A DNA stretch of 64,000 nucleotides from positions 4,387,800 through 4,451,799 of the forward strand of contig NC_057720.1 of the NCBI RefSeq assembly GCF_004010195.1. Direction: 5' to 3'. The first letter of the stretch is position 1; each line of letters opens with the position of its first letter. The position numbers were made by a program, and so were the translations under genes. Positions 23,921 to 37,164 of this stretch are shown here, piece by piece. Source of the DNA: Chiloscyllium plagiosum. Lineage: Eukaryota. A model generated the notes under the pieces. The model was given only the letters and a program-made list of their open reading frames with translations, was not told the DNA's origin and searched no databases.

Positions 23921-26329
23921 CAACAAGAGGTGAGGCCATACTGGATTTATGTAGACAGGCCAACAACAAGAGGTGAGGCCATACTGGATTTATGTAGACA
24001 GGCCAACAAGAGGTGAGGCCATACTGGATTTGGTTCTGGGTAACGAACCAGGCCAGGTGTTAGAATTAGAGGTAGGTGAGCACTTTGGGGATAGTGACCA
24101 TAATTCGGTGATTTTTACTCTCGTGATGGAGAGGGATAAGTGTGTACTACAAGGCAAGAGTTATAGCTGGGGTCAGGGAAATTATGATGCGGTGAGGCAT
24201 GACTTAGGATGTGTGGCTTGGAAAAGTAGACTCCAAGGCAAGAGTGTAAATGATATGTGGAGCTTGTTCAAGGAGCAACTATTGAGTGTCCTTGAGAAGT
24301 ATGTACCTGTCAGGCAGGGAGGAAAGGGTCGTGCGAGGGAGCCGTGGTTTAATAAAGAATTGGAATCCCTTGTTAAATGGAAGAGGGCGGCCTATCTCAA
24401 GATGAGACGTGAAGGTTCAATTGGGGCGATTGAGAGTTATAGGGTAGCCAGGAAGGACCTGAAGAGAGAGCTAAAAGCAGCAAGGAGGGGACATGAAAGG
24501 TCCTTAGTCGGTAGGATTAAGGAAAACCCTAAGGCTTTCTATAGGTATGTCAGGAATAAAAGAATGACTAGGGTAGGAATAGGTCCAGTCAAGGATAGTA
24601 GGGGGAAGTTGCGTGTGGAGGCAGAAGAGATTGGGGAGACACTGAATGAATACTTTTCTTCAGTATTTACTCAGGAACAGGGCATTGTCATCGATGTGAA
24701 TACTGAGTCACAAATAAGTAGAATGGATGGCTTTGAGGTATGTAGAGAAGAGGTATTGGAAATCCTGGAAAAGGTGAAAATAGATAAGTCCCCTGGGCCT
24801 GATGGCATTTATCCTAGGATTCTCTGCGAAGCAAGGGAGGAGATTGCAGAGCCATTGGCCTTGATTTTTATGTCCTCTTTGTCTACAGGAGTAGTCCCAG
24901 AAGACTGGAGGATAGCAAATGTGGTACCCTTGTTCAAAAAGGGGAGTAGGGATAACCCTAGTAACTATAGGCCGGTGAGTCTCACTTCTGTTGTGGGCAA
25001 AATCATGGAGAGAATTGTAAGGGATAGGATTTATGCACATCTGGATAGGAATAATGTGATCAAGGATAGTCAGCATGGTTTTGTGAAGGGCAGGTCGTGC
25101 CTCACAAACCTTATTGAATTCTTTGAAAAGGTGACGAAGGAGGTTGATGAGGGCAAAGCGGTAGATGTGGTATATATGGATTTTAGTAAGGCGTTCGATA
25201 AGGTTCCCCATGGTAGGCTACTGCAAAAAATACGGAGGCATGGCATTGAGGGTGAGTTGGAGGTTTGGATTAGGAATTGGCTGGATGGAAGAAGACAGAG
25301 GGTAGTAATTGATGGCAAAGGTTCATCTTGGAGAGCCGTCACTAGCGGTGTTCCGCAAGGATCTGTTTTGGGACCATTGCTGTTTGTCATTTTTATAAAT
25401 GACATGGAAGAGGGGTTAGAAGGTTGGGTAAGCAAGTTTGCGGATGATACGAAAGTCGGAGGAGTTGTTGACAGTGAGGAAGCATGTGGCAGGTTACAGC
25501 AGGATATAGAGAAGCTGCAGAGCTGGGCAGAAAGGTGGCAGATGGAATACAATGTAGCTAAGTGCGAGGTGATTCACTTTGGGAAGAATAACAAAAAGAT
25601 GGGGTACTGGGCTAATGGTCGGATACTTGGTAGTGTGGATGAGCAGAGGGATCTTGGTGTCCATGTACACAGATCTCTGAAAGTTGCCACCCAGGTAAAT
25701 AGTGCGGTGAGGAAGGCATATGGCGTACTGGCTTTTATTGGTAGAGGAATTGAGTTCCGGAGTCCTGAGGTCATGATGCAGTTGTATAAAACTCTGGTGC
25801 GGCAGCATCTGGAATATTGTGTGCAGTTTTGGTCGCCATACTATAGGAAGGAGGTGGAGGCACTGGAACGGGTGCAGAGGAAGTTTACCAGGATGTTGCC
25901 TGGTATGGAAGGAAAATCATATGAGGAAAGACTGAGGCACTTGGGGCCGTTTTCACTAGAGAAAAGAAGGTTTAGAGGTGACTTGACTGAGGTGCACAAG
26001 ATGATTAGGGGGTTAGATAGGGACGACAGTATGAACCTTTTCCCGCGTATGGAGCCGGGTATTACAAGGGGGCATAGCTCTAAATTAAGGGGTGGTAGAT
26101 ATAGGACTGAAGTTAGGGGTAGGTTCTTCACTCAGCGAGTCGTAAGTTCATGGAATGCCCTGCCAGCAGCAGTGGTGGACTCTCCCTCTTTATGGGCATT
26201 TAAGTGGGCATTGGATAGGTATATGGAGGATAGTGGGTTAGTATAGGTTAGGTGGGCTTGGATCGGCGCAACATCGAGGGCCAAAGGGCCTGTACTGCGC
26301 TGTATTCTTCTATGTTCTATGTTCTATGT
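23921..26329 (+). mobile_element. Young 5'-truncated CR1 LINE with uninterrupted ORF2 fragment (endonuclease C-terminus + complete RT)
   Basis: ORF 23973-26246 (757 aa) with [30 protein letters not shown] and KFADDTK; (TTCTATG)3 tail. Nested in a minus-strand CR1 tail (23521-23920 / 26330-26460). Confidence 0.96.
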
Positions 26330-26462
26330 ACCTAGCCTCTCCTTGTAACTCAAAACTTCCAGTCTTGGTAACACCTTTGTAAATCTTTTTTGCACCCCTT
26401 CCAATTTAATAACATCCTTCCTACAGCGGGGCGACCAGAATTGTACGCAGTGGCCTTACCAA

Positions 26463-27210
26463 TGCCAAATTTGATTTATTTATCACAGGTATCTAAATAC
26501 AGTGAAAAGCTTTGTTTACCAGTAGTACAGGCAGATCATAGTAAGCAAAACCATACAGAACATACAATGAAAAAAAAATGCTTAGACAGAGGCATATAGG
26601 TTACATTACATGGTATGCGCAAGACAAAATCAACATCAGTAAGATCAACGTTATTTGAAGTAATGCAGTCCATTCATCAGTCAGGGAAGAAGCTGTTTCT
26701 GAACCTGCTGGTGCGTATGTTCAAGCTTCTGTATCTCCTGCCGAACAGAAGAGGTTGTAGAAGAGCATTGTTGAAACTTTATTGCTGGAACAGCACAGCA
26801 GGTCAGGCAGCATCCTAGGGAACAGGAGATTCGACGTTTCGGGCACAGGCCCTTCTTCAGCCCTGATTCCTGAAGAAGGGCTTATGCCCGAAACGCCGAT
26901 TCTCCTGCTCCTTGGATGCTGCCTGACCTGCTGTGCTGTTCCAGCAATAAAGTTTCAACTTTGATCTCCAGCATCTGCAGACCTCACTTTCTCCTTGTAG
27001 AAGAGCATTACCAAGATGCGATGGGTCTTTGATGATATTGGCAGCCTGTCTGCAGCAACGAGCTATGTAAATGGAGTCCATATGGAAGATTGGCTTATGT
27101 GGCATTCTGGGCTGTGCACACCATCTTCTAAATTTTCTTGTGGTCCTGGGCAGAGCAGTTGCCGTACCAAGCCAGTATGCAACCGGACAGTATACTTTCT
27201 GTGGTGCATC
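26463..27210 (-). mobile_element. Rex1/Babar-like LINE 3' fragment, interrupted by a short Penelope-derived element
   Basis: AANIIKDPSHLGNAL C-terminal signature. Related fragments at ~40800-41010, 42050-42230 and 52120-52440. Confidence 0.6.
26770..26994. mobile_element. Short palindromic Penelope-derived element
   Basis: 15-bp TSD ttgtagaagagcatt (26755-26769 / 26995-27009); hammerhead cores on both strands (26831-26860 minus, 26870-26899 plus). Confidence 0.8.
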
Positions 27211-27228
27211 TATCTTGTACAGTTGTAA

Positions 27229-27997
27229 CGTGATGTCCCAACTCCTGTTCTCAATGCTTTGGCCAATGAAGACAAGTGTACCAATGCCACATTCACCAGC
27301 CTGTCTACCACATTCAAGGAAATGCCTCCTATGTTCTCATCCAATTTGTTGACATAAATAACAAACAGTGGACATCTTTGTGGCACAGCACTGGTTACAG
27401 GCTTCCAGTCTGAACAACAACCTTCTACTATCAATCTATGTCTCCTACCTTCAAACCAATCTTGCACCCAATTGGCTAGCTCTCCCTGGATCCCATGTGA
27501 TCTAACCTTACTAACCAACTGCCATGTGGAACCTTGTCAAAAACCTTGATAAAGGCAACATGTAGGAAACATCTACTGCTATGCCTTCACCAATCTTCTT
27601 TGCCACCTCTTCAAAATACTCAATTCAATCTGAGATGCACAATCTCCCATACACAAAGCAATGTTGACTATCCCTAATCAGTCCTGGTCTTTCCAAATGC
27701 ATGTAGATCCCGAGTCTTAGAATCCCCTCCAACAACTTTCCCATCACAGACAGTAGGCTCACTGCTCTGTAGTTCTCTGGTTTTTGCCTTGCAGCCTTTC
27801 TTAAATAATGGCACAGCATTAACCACCCTCCAGTCTTCTGGCACTTCACCCTGGCTGGAAAAATCTCTGATAGGGCTCCTGAAATGTCTTGCCTAGCTTT
27901 CCACAATGACTTGCGGATATACCTGATCAGGTTCTAGGGACTTATCTACCTTTAGTCTTTTAAGACCTCCATCACCTCCTCTTCTGTAATGTGGACA
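27229..27997 (-). mobile_element. Decayed CR1 ORF2 fragment
   Basis: ENYRAVSLLSVMGKLLE and [16 protein letters not shown]. Confidence 0.8.
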
Positions 27998-28019
27998 CTT
28001 GTCAAGACATCAAGATCTT

Positions 28020-29695
28020 TGTACCAAGATCTTTGTATCCTCATTAGTAACTAAAGAGGCCCTGGAGGATTGGCAATTAGCTAATGTTGTTCCTCTATTC
28101 AAGAAGGGAAATAGGGATAATCCAGGAAACTATAGACCAGTGAATCTCGTATTGATGTTTGGGAAGTTGTTGGAGAGAATTTTTAGGGATAGAAATTCTG
28201 TGCATTTGGAACAGCATGGTCCAGTTAGAGACATGATGTCTAGGAGTCACTGTTGGACTGGGGTGGACAAAGCTAGAAATCACACAACATCAGGTTATAT
28301 TCCAATAGGTTTATTTGGAAGTACTAGCTTTCAGAGCACTAGCTGATGAAAGAGCAGCGCTTCAAAAGCTAGTGCTTCCAAATAAACCTGTTGGACTATA
28401 ACCTGGTGTTGTGTGATTTTTAACTTAATTAGTCAGTGTGGCTTTGTGCAGGGCAGGTCATATCTTACTGACTTGATTGAATTTTTCAAGGAGGTGACAA
28501 AGGTGATTGATGAGGGTAGAGCAGTGGATGTTGTCTAGATGGACTTTAGTCAGGCTTTTGACAAGATCCCTCATGGTAAGCTCATCTAGAAGATTAAGAT
28601 GCATGGGATCCAGTGTCACTGTGGATTCAGAATCGGCTTACCTCTACAAGGCAGAGGATAGTGGTGGAAGGCTGTTTTTCTGGGTGGAGGTCTGTGACTA
28701 GTGGTGTTCTACAGGGATCTGTACTGGGATCTCTGCTGTTTGTGATTATACAAAAATGACTTGGATGAAAATGTAGATGGATGAGTTGGCAAATTTGTAG
28801 ATAATACAAAGATTGGTGGAGTTATGGATAGTGCAGAAGGTTCTCAAAATAATACAGTGGGGTAGAGATCAGTTGCAGATATAGGCGGAGAAATGGCAGA
28901 TGGCTTTTCATCCAGGTAAGTGTGAGGTGATGCACTTTGGGAGATCAAATGTTAAGGAAAAGTATGCAGTTAAAGGCAGGAACCTGAGCAGCATTGATGT
29001 ACCAAAGGATCGTGGGGTTCAAGTCCATAGCTCCCCAGAAGTGGCCAAACAAATAGAGATGGTAGTAAAGTAGTTGTAAAGTATACTTGCCTTTGTTAGT
29101 CAGGGAGTTGAGTACAAGAGTCAGCATGTCATGTTGTAGCTCTATAAGACTTTAATTAGGCCTCACTTAGAATACTGCATTCAGTTCTGGTTGCCACATT
29201 ACAGGAAAGATGTGGAGGCTTTGGAGAGGCAGAAGAAGTTAACCAGGTTGCTGCCTGGATTAGAGAGTATGAGCTATAAGAAGAGGCTAGAAAAAGTCAG
29301 GTTGTTTTCTCTGGAGCGTTGGAGGCTGAGGGGAGATGAGATAGAAGACTATTACATTATGAGATGCATAGGTAGGGTGGACGGTCGGAATCTTTTTCCC
29401 AGAGTTAAAATATCTAAATCGAGGGGGCATGCATTCAAGGTGGGTTTGGGGTTAATTCAAATATGTGAGGGGCAAGTTTTTTTACACAGAGTGGTGGGAG
29501 TCTGGAACACACTGCCTGGGGTGATGGTGGAGGCAGATGTGATAGAGGTGTTTAACGGACTTTTAGATAAGCACATGAATATGTAAGGAATGGAGGAATA
29601 TGGACCAAGGGCAGGCAGAAGGGATTAGATTAATTTGGCATCATTTTCAGCACAACATTGTTTATTCCTGTGCTGTAATGTTCTATGTTCTATGC
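28020..29695 (+). mobile_element. Decayed CR1 RT to 3' end (with palindromic insert 28232-28426)
   Basis: [20 protein letters not shown]; tail gttctatgttctatg. Confidence 0.85.
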
Positions 29696-29704
29696 TCTGA
29701 GTTC

Positions 29705-32510
29705 CTAAAGTGAACATTAGGCGTCTAAGAGAACTGGGGAAGTGATAATGGAGAACCAAGAGGAATTAAACCAAGAGTTAAATAATACTTTGCATTGATC
29801 TTCACAATAGAAGACATTAATAGCATTCCAACATTATTGTTGGAAAGTATTGATGAAAGTAGGAGAGGAAATAAAAACTTAGGGTGCATGTGCATAGTTC
29901 ATTGAAAGTGGATTCGCAGGTAGTCAGGGTGGTGAATATGATGTATTGTACACTTCCATTTATTGGTCAGTTCATTGCGTATAGGAGTTGGATGTCATAT
30001 TGTGGCTGTACAAGATGTTGGTGAGGCCAATTTTGGTCTCCCTGCTATAGGAAAGATGTTGTTAAACTTGAAAGAGTTCAGAAAAGATTTACAATGTTGT
30101 TGCCAGGACTGGAGGGTTTGAGCTATAGGGAGAGGTTGAAAAGGCTGGGACTGTTTTCCCTGGACCATCAGATGCTGAGGGTTGATCATATGGAGGTTAA
30201 CAAAAGTTTGAGGGGCATGGGAAAGATGTTGTTAAACTTGAAAGGGTTCAGAAAAGATTTACAATGTTGTTGCCAGGACTGAGGGTTTGAGCTATAGGGA
30301 GAGTTTGAAAAGGCTGGGACTGTTTTCCCTGGACCATCAGATGCTGAGGGTTGATCATATGGAGGTTAACAAAAGTTTGAGGGGCATGGATAGGGTGAAT
30401 AGTCAAGGTCTTTTCCCCAGGATAGGGGAGTCCAAAACTAGAGGACATAGGTTTAAGGTGACAGAGAAAACATTTGAAAGAGACCTGTGGGGAAGGTATT
30501 TCACTCAGTGTGGTGCATGAATGGAATGAGCTGCCAGAGGAAGTGGTGGAGGCTGGTACAATTAAATATTTAAAAAGCATCTGATCGGTATATGAATAAG
30601 AAGGATTTAAAGAGATATGGGCCAAATGCTGGCAAATAGGACTAGATTAATTTAGGATATCTCATTGGCATGGACAAGATTGGACTGAACTGTACAACTC
30701 TATGACTCTTCAATACAATAATTATCATGAGAGAAACTGTAATAGGAAATTAATGGAGTAAAGACTCATAAGTCTCCTGATGAGATGCAACCGAGAATAT
30801 TAAAGGATGTTGCTACAGAGATAGAGGATGCACTGGTAGTAATCTTCCAGGAATTCTAATATTCTGAAAAAGTCCCAGGGAGTTTGAAAATTGCCATATA
30901 ACACCTTTATTTAGAAAGGTAAGGAGACAAAAAACAGGTAATAGTTGCTTAAAGTTTATGATCAGGAAAATGTTAGAGTGTATTATAACGCTTGTAATAG
31001 AGCATTTAGAAATACATAAGATGAATGAACAGTACCAGCTCATGAAGAGGAAATCATCCCTGATATATTTAGTAGAATTCTTTGAGCAGATATGAAGCTG
31101 GATTAATAAAATGGAAGGAGTGGACGTAATGCGTTTGGACTTTCAAAAGGTATTTGAAATGGTATCACGCATTAGGCTGCTTAATAAGACAAGAGCCCGT
31201 GGTGTTGGAGGCAGTATATTAGCATGGATAGAGGATTGGCTAAATACTAGAAGGCAGAGTGTTGGGATAAGGGAGTCATTTTCAGGATAGCATCCTGTAA
31301 CTAGGAGTGCCACAGTGACAGTGCTTGGTCCACAATTATTGGCAATATATATTCATGATTTGGATGAAAAACATGAAAGTACTATTGCCATAAAGTCAAA
31401 TGACACATAATTGGGAATACAAGTGGTGAGGATGACACAGAGTTCACAGAGCGATATAGGGTGAAGAGAGTTGGCAAAAACTCAGCTGATGGAATGTAAT
31501 GTGGGAAAATGTGTGGTTCTGTATTTTGGCAGAAGGAATAGATGAGTTGAATATTATTTAAATGGATAAAGGTTACTGAAAGCTACAAAACAGAAGGATT
31601 TGGGAGTCCTCTTCCATGAATAACTAAAATCTAGCATCCAAGTTCAATGAGTAATGGGGAAGCCAAATGCTGTGTTGACTTCATTCAGACCTATTAGAAA
31701 GAGAATGGAGGATAAAAATGTACAATCTTTGCTAAATTTAGAATTCCACAGCTGGAATACTGTGGTCCTTATCTGAGGAAAGCGATATTGGCACTGAAGA
31801 CGATCCAGAAAAGGTCCACTTGTTACTGGGTAAGGAGGGATTGTTTTATGAGGAGAGGTTAAGTAAATTTTGCCTATCCTCATTGTAATATAGAAGAATG
31901 AGAGGCAAGCAGAGAAATCGCGAACGGGGACTGAGTTGAATGATCAGCCGTGGCCATATTGAATAGTGGAGCAGGCCTCCTCCTGCACCTATTTTCTACA
32001 TTTCTATGACATTATTGAAACATACAAGATTCATGGAGGACTTGACAGTGGAGATCTGGAGAGGTTGTTTCCCCATGTTGGGGAGTCTAAGGTCAAAGTG
32101 TATAATCTCAGAATAAGGATCGTCAATTTACGACAGAGATTCTTAGATTCCCTACAGTGTGGAAACAGGCCCTTCAGCCCCACAGGTCCACACCAACCCT
32201 CCAAAGAGCAACCCACCCAGACCCATTCCCTTACATTTACCCCTGCACCTAACACTACGGGCAATTTAGCACGGCCAATTCACCTAACCTGCACATCTTT
32301 GGATTGTGGGAGGAAACCGGAGCACCTGGAGGATTTTTTTTTCTCTTCGAGGGGAGTGAGTCTGTGGAATTGTTTACAGCACAGGTCTGTTCACATTAGT
32401 TTATTAAGTCGATTCAAGGCTGAGAGAAGCAGATTTTTAATCAGTAAGGCAATTAAGGATTTTAGGGAAATGGCAGGATGGTGGAATTGAGAATTATCGG
32501 ATCAGCCGTG
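29705..32510 (+). mobile_element. Nested old CR1 fragments (inner copy ~29880-30710)
   Basis: Degenerate RT and 3'UTR sequence; includes a 170-bp tandem duplication at 30050-30388. Confidence 0.7.
30050..30388 (+). repeat. 170-bp tandem duplication inside CR1
   Basis: 30050-30219 vs 30220-30388 differ by a few substitutions and a 1-bp deletion. Confidence 0.9.
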
Positions 32511-32518
32511 ATTTTATT

Positions 32519-32836
32519 AGATTAGATTAGATTCTCTACTGTGTGAAAACAGGCCGTTTGGCCCAACAAGTCCACACCGCCCCTCCGAAGAGAAACCCAC
32601 CCAAACCCTTTCCCCTACCCTATATTTACCCCTGACTAACGCACCTAACACTATGGGCAATTTAGCATGGCCAATTCACCTAACATACGCATCTTTGGAT
32701 TGTGGGAGGAAACCGTAGCACCTGGAGGAAACCCACGCAGACACGGGGAGAATGTGCAAACTCCACACAGACAGTGGGAATTGAACCCAGGACCCTGGTG
32801 CTGTGAGGCAGCAGTGCTAACCACTGAGCCGCCCAT
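32519..32836 (-). mobile_element. HE1-type tRNA-derived V-SINE
   Basis: The reverse strand reads tRNA-like head (cagtggttagcactgctgcctcacagcaccagggtcctgggttcaattcc), V-domain (gtggagtttgcacattctcccc...), CR1-like tail and (aatct)n. Confidence 0.85.
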
Positions 32837-32997
32837 AATTGAATGGAAGAGGAGACCTGATGGGCTGAATGGCCAATTTCTGACCTTATGTATTATTGTC
32901 TAAGGAAAAGGCAATGGAATTGTTGATCAGCGTCTGTTAAGAGTGTAAGTCCATCGTTTTCTGGAGATCAACTTGTCTATCATTTTCATTTCTGCAG

Positions 32998-33190
32998 GAG
33001 AATGTATTTCGGAGAGTGAACAAGTTGTTACATTTGATGGCAATGAATTAAAACACACAATACTTAACGATTGCTACTATGTCCTAACCAAGGATTGTTC
33101 ACCTACTCCAAAATTTATTCTCTTAATGCGGCGTGATGTTAACCAGCAGAGGAAGAAGGCAATAAAGCTGCTCATATCTGTGCCTAACGT
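32998..33190 (+). CDS. vtg: Vitellogenin exon (vWD / beta'-component start)
   Basis: ttctgcag|...GT|gtaagt. Encodes ECISESEQVVTFDGNELKHTILNDCYYVLTKDCSPTPKFILLM..., with the vWD 'TFD..C..VL..DC' pattern. Confidence 0.93.
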
Positions 33191-33244
33191 GTAAGTGGCT
33201 ATCATAAGTTTATCATCACATTAATTGCATATAAATGTCCTTAT

Positions 33245-33830
33245 TGTACATGTGATTAGACTACATTTGGAGTATTTTGTACAGTTTTGGGCTCCATATC
33301 TCAGAAAAGGTGTATTGGCCTTGGAGCTTGTTCAGAGGAAGTTTGCGTGAACGGTCCCAGGAAGGAAAAGCTTAACATATGAGGAACATTTGAGGACTCT
33401 GGGTCTATATTCACTGGAGTTTAGAAGGATGAGAGGGATTTAATTGAAACATACAGAATACTGAATGGCCTGGACAGAGTGGATGTTGGGAAGATGTTTC
33501 CATCGGTAGGAGAGACTAGGACCCGAGGGCACAGCCTTAGAGTAAAAGGAAGGTCTTTTAGAATGGAGATAAGGAGAAACTTCTTCAGCCAGAGAGTGGG
33601 GAATCAATGGAATTCACTACCACAGAAGGCTGTAGAGGGCAGGTCATTGAGTATATTTAAGATGGAGACAGATAGGTTCTTTATTGTCAAGGGGGATCAA
33701 GGGTTACGAGGAGAAAGCAGGAGAATGGGGTTGAGAAACTGATCAACCATGATTGAATGGCAGAGCAGACTCGATGGGCTGAATGGCCTAATTTCTGCTC
33801 CTATGTCTTATGGTCTTACTGTCTTATGGT
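33245..33830 (+). mobile_element. CR1 3' fragment
   Basis: TRGHSLRVKG..RRNFFSQRV; tail cttatggtctta. Confidence 0.85.
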
Positions 33831-34348
33831 GATTTATAATATAGGAATACAGGGGAAGCATTGGTTTCAGCACATAGCAGATTAGGAATTCACTTCATAG
33901 TTGCATCTTTCAAAGACTGGCAGATAATATCAATGAGGAAAATGGGACTCTGTCTGCTACTTGTGTGAGATTTCTTTTTTAAAAAATTCTGTGTAATGTT
34001 ATTAAATTGTATACGGGCCATTTGCATGGCCAGGACTCAGTGCTGGGGCTTCATCTATATATCAATGACTTAAATGTAAGATAGTCAAAGTTTCCAATGA
34101 CACCCCCTAAGTGAGAAAGGAAGTCATCAAGACAAAGTGAAGTCTGCAGGAGGATAAAGATAGGTTCAGTGTGAGGGCAAAATTCAACGTGGAACAATGT
34201 GAGATTGTCCTCTTTAGCAGAATAGAAAAGCGGAGTATTATTTAAATGGTGAGAGATTTCAGAATTCTGAAGGACAGAGCAATCTCCATGTCTTTCTTTT
34301 TGCAGTATTTCTCCTGTTATGTGATATTTTCTATTTTCTTTGGAACAG

Positions 34349-34440
34349 TGTAATTGAAGCAAATTGGACACCAGCTGGAATAAAGTTCTTGGTGGACAAT
34401 GTGAAGACCACTCTGAGTAATGAAGGAAGGGTTATACAAA
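34349..34440 (+). CDS. vtg: Vitellogenin exon (vWD)
   Basis: ttggaacag|...A|gtgagt; phases 2/1 fit the neighbouring exons. Encodes VIEANWTPAGIKFLVDNVKTTLSNEGRVIQ. Confidence 0.85.
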
Positions 34441-35717
34441 GTGAGTAATCTTTTTACAAATGAAAACAAAAATTGGACATTTTCTGACATAATGTAATGT
34501 TGAGCAATGAGAACTGTGGAACACAGAGCTATCATTAGCAAATTAAAAGTTGTGTGAAGTTTCCAGGATAGAAGCTTCGGGCAGAACATTAAACTTGTTA
34601 CCATGAGAAAATGCTGATTCGTTTAAGAGGAGTTGGATAAAGAAATAAGGAGAAACAGCAATTCACCCAGGTTCCATGGACAGTACCTTCAAAATCCACA
34701 ACCTCTACTACATGTAAGGACAAGGATGGCAGATAAATAAGAAAACCACCTGCAAGTTCCTCTTCAAGACACACACCGTTCCATTTCAGAACTATAATGG
34801 CCTAAAGAGAACCTAGCCACAGAACATCAGAGCTAAAGAAGAGTCATAGATATGTACCGCATGGAAATAGATTTTTTGGTCCAACCCACCCGTACTGACC
34901 AGATATCCTAAATTATTCTACTCCTATTGACCAGTATTTGGCCCATTCCCTCTAAACCCTTCCTATTCATATACTCATCCAGACGCCTTTTAAATGTTGC
35001 AATTGTACCAACCTCCACCGCCTCCTCTGGCAATTTATTCCATACACGCACCACCCTCTGTGTGAAAAACTTGCTCCTTAGGTGCCTTTAAAATATTGCC
35101 TCTTTTACCTTAAACCTATGCCCTCTAATTTTGGACTCCCTTATTTTGGAGAAAAGACCTTGGCTATTTATCCTATACATGCCCCTCATGATTTTATAAA
35201 CATGAATAAGGTCACCCCTCAGTCTCCAATGCTTGTATCAAATTCAGTGTTGATTCTGTTTCTCCCTTGACAAATAATGCCAGACTTGCTGAGTTTCTCC
35301 AACTTTCTTTCTTTGTATGTTTCAGATTTCCAGCATCTGCTGTGTTTTTCTTTCATGAGATGCTATTCACCCCTCTCTTAAAAATATTCAACATCCCAGC
35401 CTCAACACCTTCTGAGGCACAGCATTCCAAGGCTACACTGATCTCCATCCTATAAGGTTGCCTCCTAATTTCAAGCAGGTGTCCCCAAATTGTGATATAC
35501 TGATAAGAGAAAGCATCCTTTCCATGTCAAGACCATTCAGGCTCTTATACAATTTAGTCAAATCTTGCCAATACTCTTCAAGCCCACTCTGGCAAGCTTC
35601 CCTCAGTCCAGCTCAGTCCAGCTGTCAATTCAGTAAGCCTCCTCGAACCTGCTTCCAATGCATTTCCATCCTTCCTGTGTCTGATATGCTCATTCCACAT
35701 ATTATCAGGGCTGTAAA

Positions 35718-36010
35718 TGGCATGGTAGTTCTGTGGTTAGCACTGATGCGTCACAGTGCTAGAGACCCAGGTTCTATTCCAGCCTCGGGTGACTACCTGT
35801 GTGGAGTTTTCACATTCTCCCTGTGTCTGTGTGGGTTTCCTCCCACATTCCAAAGATGTGCAGATTAGATGAATTGACCATGCTAAATTGCTCATAGTGT
35901 TCAGGGAATATTAGGTGCATTAGTTAGGGGTTAACGGGTGGAATACTCTTCAGAGGGTCAGTGCAGATGTGTTGGGCCAAAGGGTCTGTTTCCACACTGT
36001 AGGAACTTTA
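35718..36010 (+). mobile_element. HE1-type V-SINE
   Basis: tRNA head + V-domain + ctgtttccacactgtagg tail. Confidence 0.8.
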
Positions 36011-36124
36011 AGATTCTTCTCACAGGGCACTTCTAGGTTTTTTTTGAAGAAGCAACAAAGATGATTGATGAGGGCAAAGCAGTAGATGTGATCTAGATGA
36101 ACTTCAGTAAGGGGTTCTACGACT

Positions 36125-36628
36125 CTATGACTCTATATTGCAGCATAGACATGTACAGCATGGAAACAGAACCTTTGGTCCAACTTGTCCATGCCAACCA
36201 GATATCCCAACCCAATCTAGTCCCACCTGCCAACACCCGGTCCATGTCCCTCAAACCCTTCCTATTCATATACCCATCCAGATGCCTTTTAAATGTTGCA
36301 ATTGTACCAGCCTCCAGTGCTTCCTCTGGCAGCTCATTCCATACACGTACCACCATCTGTGAGAAAAAGTTGCCTCTTAGGTCTCTTTTGTATCTTTCCC
36401 CTCTCACCCTAAACCTATGTCCTCTAGTTCTGGATTCCACCACCCCAGTGAAAAGACATTGTCGATTTACCCTATCCATACCCCTCTATAAGGTCATCCC
36501 TCAGCCTCTGACACTCCAAGGAAAACAGCCCCAAGCTATTCAACGTCTCCCCATAGCTCAAATCCTCCAACCCTGGCAACATCCTTGTAAATCTTTTCTG
36601 AAACCTTTCAAGTTTCACAACATCCTTC
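36125..36628 (-). mobile_element. CR1 3' fragment
   Basis: ESRTRGHRFRVRGERYKRDLRGNFF. Confidence 0.85.
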
Positions 36629-36695
36629 CAATTAGTGTAGAGATTGCCAGAAACTCAATGTCTACTTCAACATTCAGCTGTCTTTTTTATTCCAG

Positions 36696-36787
36696 ATGTA
36701 CGTGTTTGGCAGAATGGGACAGGAATTATTTTAAAAGCATCATCAATCAATATTGAACAATTGTTCTTTGATGGAAACAGAGTGCAG
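36696..36787 (+). CDS. vtg: Vitellogenin exon (vWD)
   Basis: ttttttattccag|...CAG|gtatcg; phases 1/0 fit. Encodes NVRVWQNGTGIILKASSINIEQLFFDGNRVQ. Confidence 0.88.
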
Positions 36788-36844
36788 GTATCGCTTACTT
36801 ATTAACAAGCTCCCGAAATGTAACTTCACCGTGTAGCCATTCAA

Positions 36845-37130
36845 TGGGTGGCCCAGTGGCTCAGTGGCTAGCACTGCAGCCTCACAGCATCAGGGACCCA
36901 GGTTTGATCCCAGTCTTGGGTGACTGTCTGTGTGGAGTTTGCACATTCTCCCTGTATCTGTGTGGGTTTCGTCCCACAATCCAAAAATGCACAGGTCAGG
37001 TGGAATGGCTATGCTAAATTGTCCATAGTGTTAGGTGCATTAGTCAGGGGAGTTGGATCTGGGTGGGTTGCTCTTCGGAGGGCTTGTATGGATTTGTTGG
37101 GCAAAGGGCCCGTTTCCACACTGTAGGTAA
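36845..37130 (+). mobile_element. HE1-type V-SINE
   Basis: gggtggcccagtggctcagtggctagcact... head, V-domain, tail. Confidence 0.82.
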
Positions 37131-37164
37131 ACTAATGATCAATATGAACTAATTTTGGAAAACA

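Noticed and set aside
24708..26131. Antisense ORFs over CR1 ORF2
   Set aside because: Shadow frames of the RT coding sequence that recur in every CR1 copy.
23973..26246. 757-aa ORF as a host gene or domesticated RT
   Set aside because: It is a 5'-truncated CR1 ORF2 with its own 3' tail, nested in another repeat, and its start lies in a junction duplication.
32760..32836. tRNA genes (also at 36845, 38176, 48722)
   Set aside because: These are tRNA-like heads that continue into a SINE V-domain and tail; no intact cloverleaf.
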